DNA of 64,000 nucleotides from Paragordius varius (lineage: Eukaryota > Animalia > Nematomorpha): assembly GCA_964247055.1 (NCBI GenBank), contig OZ176052.1, positions 4,712,001 to 4,776,000 on the forward strand. Reading direction: 5' to 3'. The notes beneath the pieces were generated by a model. It ran no database searches. It was not told the DNA's origin and saw only the letters and a program-made list of their open reading frames with translations. Both the position numbers and the translations under genes were made by a program. Of the stretch, positions 60,101-64,000 are shown piece after piece; the stretch's first letter is position 1, and every line of letters starts with the position of its first letter.

Positions 60101-63100
60101 TAAATTAGTAAATTTGCAGATAGTGATCAACGATTATATTGAAAAAGTTGACTTTACATTAGCTCCTAAGCCCCGCTTAATAATAAAATACATTATGAGA
60201 ATTAGATGGTCTACTATAGTATTTACATATACCATTTACAATTCAAATGCACCCTTAAATTCAGATTCACCCTCGAACAATTCAAATTTACCCTAAAAAT
60301 AAATTATGTTTTTTGGGCTATATAACTCATCATTAATATGAAATATATTTTTAGGACATAGTTTATTATTTTTTCAGCATTATATTAATTTTAAACAGAA
60401 TTTCACATTTTAAAAATATTGAAAAATAAAGGTTATTTTAAATCGTGGAAAAACACATAATTTATTTTAGGGATGATTTGATGTTTGAGGGGAAATTTGA
60501 ACTGCAAATGGTTTATTATGTGTTATAATAAGTAAGATTTTTTGGAATAATCGCACACACAAAAACGTTTTTTTGTCACACGATAAAATGGTATGACTGT
60601 ATATATATATTATTTATTTTATAGAAAATTATGATATGGGAACTCCAATTACCACATCTAATATTAACACTGTTGTTGGTGTATCATCATCCTCAATAAA
60701 TTTTGCACTGTACTTTAACAAATTTTGCATAACTCAAACGCCAAATGATATAACTTATGTCTGCATAATGTGTCTAATAAGTCAATTGTCACCCCTTACA
60801 AACATGCGAAATATTAATGAAATGTTTTACATATTGCATGAAAATGTCACCACCTCCTACATTTTGGAATCAACAACTACTCTTAAATCCGAATTTAGTG
60901 ATGTTAAGAATGAAGTAACTTTCTTTTTTGTATATTTTTTCTTAATTATAATAGAGTTTGCTAGTTTTTTTTAAACAGGATAAATTAAAAATGCATTTTT
61001 TCTTATTACTCTTTTGGAATCGTACTTAATTAATTATATAATATGAAAATGTATAGACACCTAATTTGTTGCAAACAAAAATTTCCAATGTTATTGAAGA
61101 GATGGGACTTGATGCAGTGTATGATAAGTTGACGTACATATCACCAAACATTATTAGTATGCACTATATTAAAACTTTTTATTTATTTTTATGTTAACAT
61201 GGTTTTCTAACCAATAATTTTGACCAAAATATTTCATAAATAATATTTCTATTTATATTCAGATTTTTGGTGGAATAATAAGGAGCATAACGCCATATTG
61301 GAGTTATGCGAGTGTTTAGATTTAGCCAATCTCACTTGTAATAACGCGACATCATTATCGACTACCACATCAGAAAATGCTGCATGGCCCATAAACCCTG
61401 AAATTAAAGTTTTGTTAGCTTTTTCATTTGCCATTTTCTTGAGATCGCTCAAACAGAATTCCGATGCGGGATTTATTCGTGGTAAAATTATTTAAATAAT
61501 CGATATGTCTACTGCATTGACTTTATGTATAGTAAAAATTGGGACAAAATGTAAAAATATAAAGACAAAATCATTTTTCAAAATACAACCATACTTTTTT
61601 AAACCATAATTTATCCTATAAAAAACATTTAATTACAATCGTAAAATACATAATTGATTGTTAGCAATTTACATTTCTATACTTTACTTTGTAGTTCAAA
61701 ACAATAAGTTATATTTAAAAAAATCAAGATTGAAAAAGTATGGTTGTCTTTTTAAAAAATATATGTCTTTATATTTTCACATTTTGTCCGTATAACTTCA
61801 ATTTTTACTGTAATAACTTTAAAATAAGTAAATGAATCATAGGATCTTTTTATGAAGTCTTTCCATAGGGTAGGTTTTAGAGATTGTCTAGTCTTTTATT
61901 ATCATTATGCGTAAATGTATTTATTATATTACAATTGCCTTATGATATTTATGCATTCCTTTACTTAATTAAAAATATTGAACATCAATCAATCGAAACG
62001 TCTAATTTAAAATGATTGTAAAAACGTTTTTATTGATTGGGAAAACGTGTCGATTAACACTTGGAAATTGATTTACGGAAGGATGTTTTCTCAGGCCGGG
62101 AAAATATATTATCCCATCGTTTTTCAATAAAAAGCGCAAATACTCTGTGATTTATTTTTATGATTCAAATCCTTTTGTATCTGGAATAAAAAGACACATC
62201 CTTAGTAAATGTAATGGATTTGGATGAAGAGGATACCCTTGATACCTGTATTATGTTGCATGCATTCACATTTTTCAAGTGCTATTTGACACGAAACACT
62301 AAATTTGGTTGGATGAATGGTGCTTTCCAACTTATTTTGGACGATTTGTTCGCAAACATGATTATACAGTTCCCGTGGAAGGTATTTTTTATAACTTTCT
62401 CATATTTTTCATTAAATTATTATATTTGTTTTAATTAACTATGAATTTTTATTTTTATGGTTCTTTATTTAATGGTTACTGTAAAGGGTTCAAAAACAAT
62501 ACACGAATGATTTGTTTTTAGGTGAATAAACCATAGTCTTTTAACTTAAAATTTTGAATAATGTGTGTAATTTTGACCATTAATTGGTGGTGAATTATTG
62601 TTCTCTAATTTACATAGGTTGTAAAGAATTTTGCTTTTATATTATATGATAAAAATTTGTGCCTATTTTGCTTTTTTAGCTTTTTTTATATCTAATATAT
62701 AAATGCACTATCAAAAAAAAGATGAAAATAAATGAGTATTGATTTATTCATTGAAGCATTATTTCTGATCTATTTTAACAATCACATAAAACTATATTTT
62801 GCCATGTTTGTTCATAAAAATTATAATTTAACATATGTATTCACAATTTACCCCCTATAATGATACTTCTCATATGTTATTTTCAGTGCATTTCTATAAA
62901 CTTACTAGCCCATAATGCTTTTTTCCGATTTTTATTAGGCCCCAATTTTTTACATATCGTTCAATGTTTAACACGTCTTCTCACAAACTTACTTGTTTGT
63001 GATGGATTTTTCATAATAAATTAAATACAATAAAAAATGAAATTCACTATTTTTTACTAATTTATATTTTAAATATCTACAGAGTTATAATTTTAACTAC

Positions 63101-64000
63101 CAATAAAATAATATATAGTTTTTTAAGGGTCAGGATGCGTATAATGATCCATGTTTTTTTCCCACAATGGGGTAAATATGAGGGAGATATATATTTTTTT
63201 ACCTAAATTTATTTTAAAATTTATATTTTACATACAAAATTTTTGTTTAGATACGTGAACTAAAGAATGACAGTGATGACAGTGCCCGATTGCTTTCGAA
63301 TGCCGAAAGCGCTGATCTGGTTCCATTCCAAGAATTGCCTCAATACTATGAGGAATTACTTTTATTGGTAACAACTTATTATAACATTTTTATGATACGT
63401 TTTCAGTTGGTTTTATATATATTGACCAAAGGAAAGTTAGCATTTACAGTATGCACATTAATATATTCATTATTATTGCCGATTGACAATACAGTAGTGT
63501 ATGTTAAAAAGTATAAATGGTTGATTACGATAATATACCTATCTTTCTTCATAAAATTTTAATTAATTATATGGACAAAATTTGTTTTATATCATACCCT
63601 ATGTAATACCAATAGGCCAACCATAATGTAATCAATTACTGTATTTTTCCTTTAAATCATTTGTTAATATATAGTTAGCCGATCTTTACCGACATGAAAA
63701 TGGGTATAATTTACCCAATAAATTTTGGAGTGCTACCACATTACCTAATCCAATCAAAACTGCAGTCCATTCTCACACTGATTTTGATGTGCGTTTACAT
63801 AAAAAAGTTCAAAATGGAGCATATTTATGTGACATTAATCTTTACAAAGTTAGTTAAAATTAATTTATCATATGTAATATTCGCAGTAAAAAATGGAATA
63901 TGTACAGTTTTTCAATTTTTTTAAACATGATTTGTTAAATATAACTCATCATTATGGGTATGCAAAACAAAGGGAGTTGTGAATTAAAACCTAATTATAT
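57155..64000 (+). CDS. NUP205: Nucleoporin NUP205 (Nup192 family), N-terminal part; continues beyond the right edge
   Basis: Exon translations parallel recalled human NUP205 in order: INESLYLSELLKNNEISSLDLLLS...LLYFE (LIKEAFILSDLFDIGELAAVELLLA...LLYWD); WPINPEIKVLLAFSFAIFLR (WKLPGLQATVRLAWALALR); LDDLFANMIIQFPWK|IRELKNDSDDSARLL (VHNLITDFLALMPMK|VKQLRNRADEDARMI). Confidence 0.85.
58012..58337. mobile_element. MITE family A, copy 3 (NUP205 intron)
   Basis: TACCGTTTACAG...CTGTAAATGGTA termini and shared internal sequence. Confidence 0.75.
60230..60512. mobile_element. MITE family A, copy 4 (NUP205 intron)
   Basis: TACCATTTACAATTC...CTGCAAATGGT termini and shared internal sequence. Confidence 0.75.
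61541..61790. repeat. Inverted-repeat element, probable MITE (NUP205 intron)
   Basis: GGACAAAATGTAAAAATATAAAGAC ... GTCTTTATATTTTCACATTTTGTCC, plus inner inverted ACAACCATACTTTTT / AAAAAGTATGGTTGT. Confidence 0.6.

Overview
AT-rich (about three quarters A+T by eye) animal nuclear DNA using the standard genetic code. Genes I can support: a Claspin-like gene (- strand, runs off the left edge), an intronless peptide-type GPCR, a vWA-domain gene resembling alpha2delta/CACHD1, LRRFIP, mitochondrial ATP synthase subunit c, an Sp/buttonhead-family zinc-finger gene, PIG-W/GWT1, a four-Kunitz-domain protein and NUP205 (runs off the right edge). Between and inside them lie many transposon relics: a full-length but mutated hAT element with a perfect 8-bp TSD, two more hAT remnants, a Mos1-like mariner relic, LINE/RTE fragments and several MITE families. 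The most striking feature is splicing. Five conserved genes only translate correctly after removing GT-AG introns of 21-30 nt (16 mapped by hand), which coexist with ordinary long introns and never carry G at donor position +5. A second clear structure is a 2.2-kb nest of four copies of one TTAA-targeting MITE inserted into each other. All protein identities come from recalled family motifs, not database searches, and the species cannot be determined from the window.
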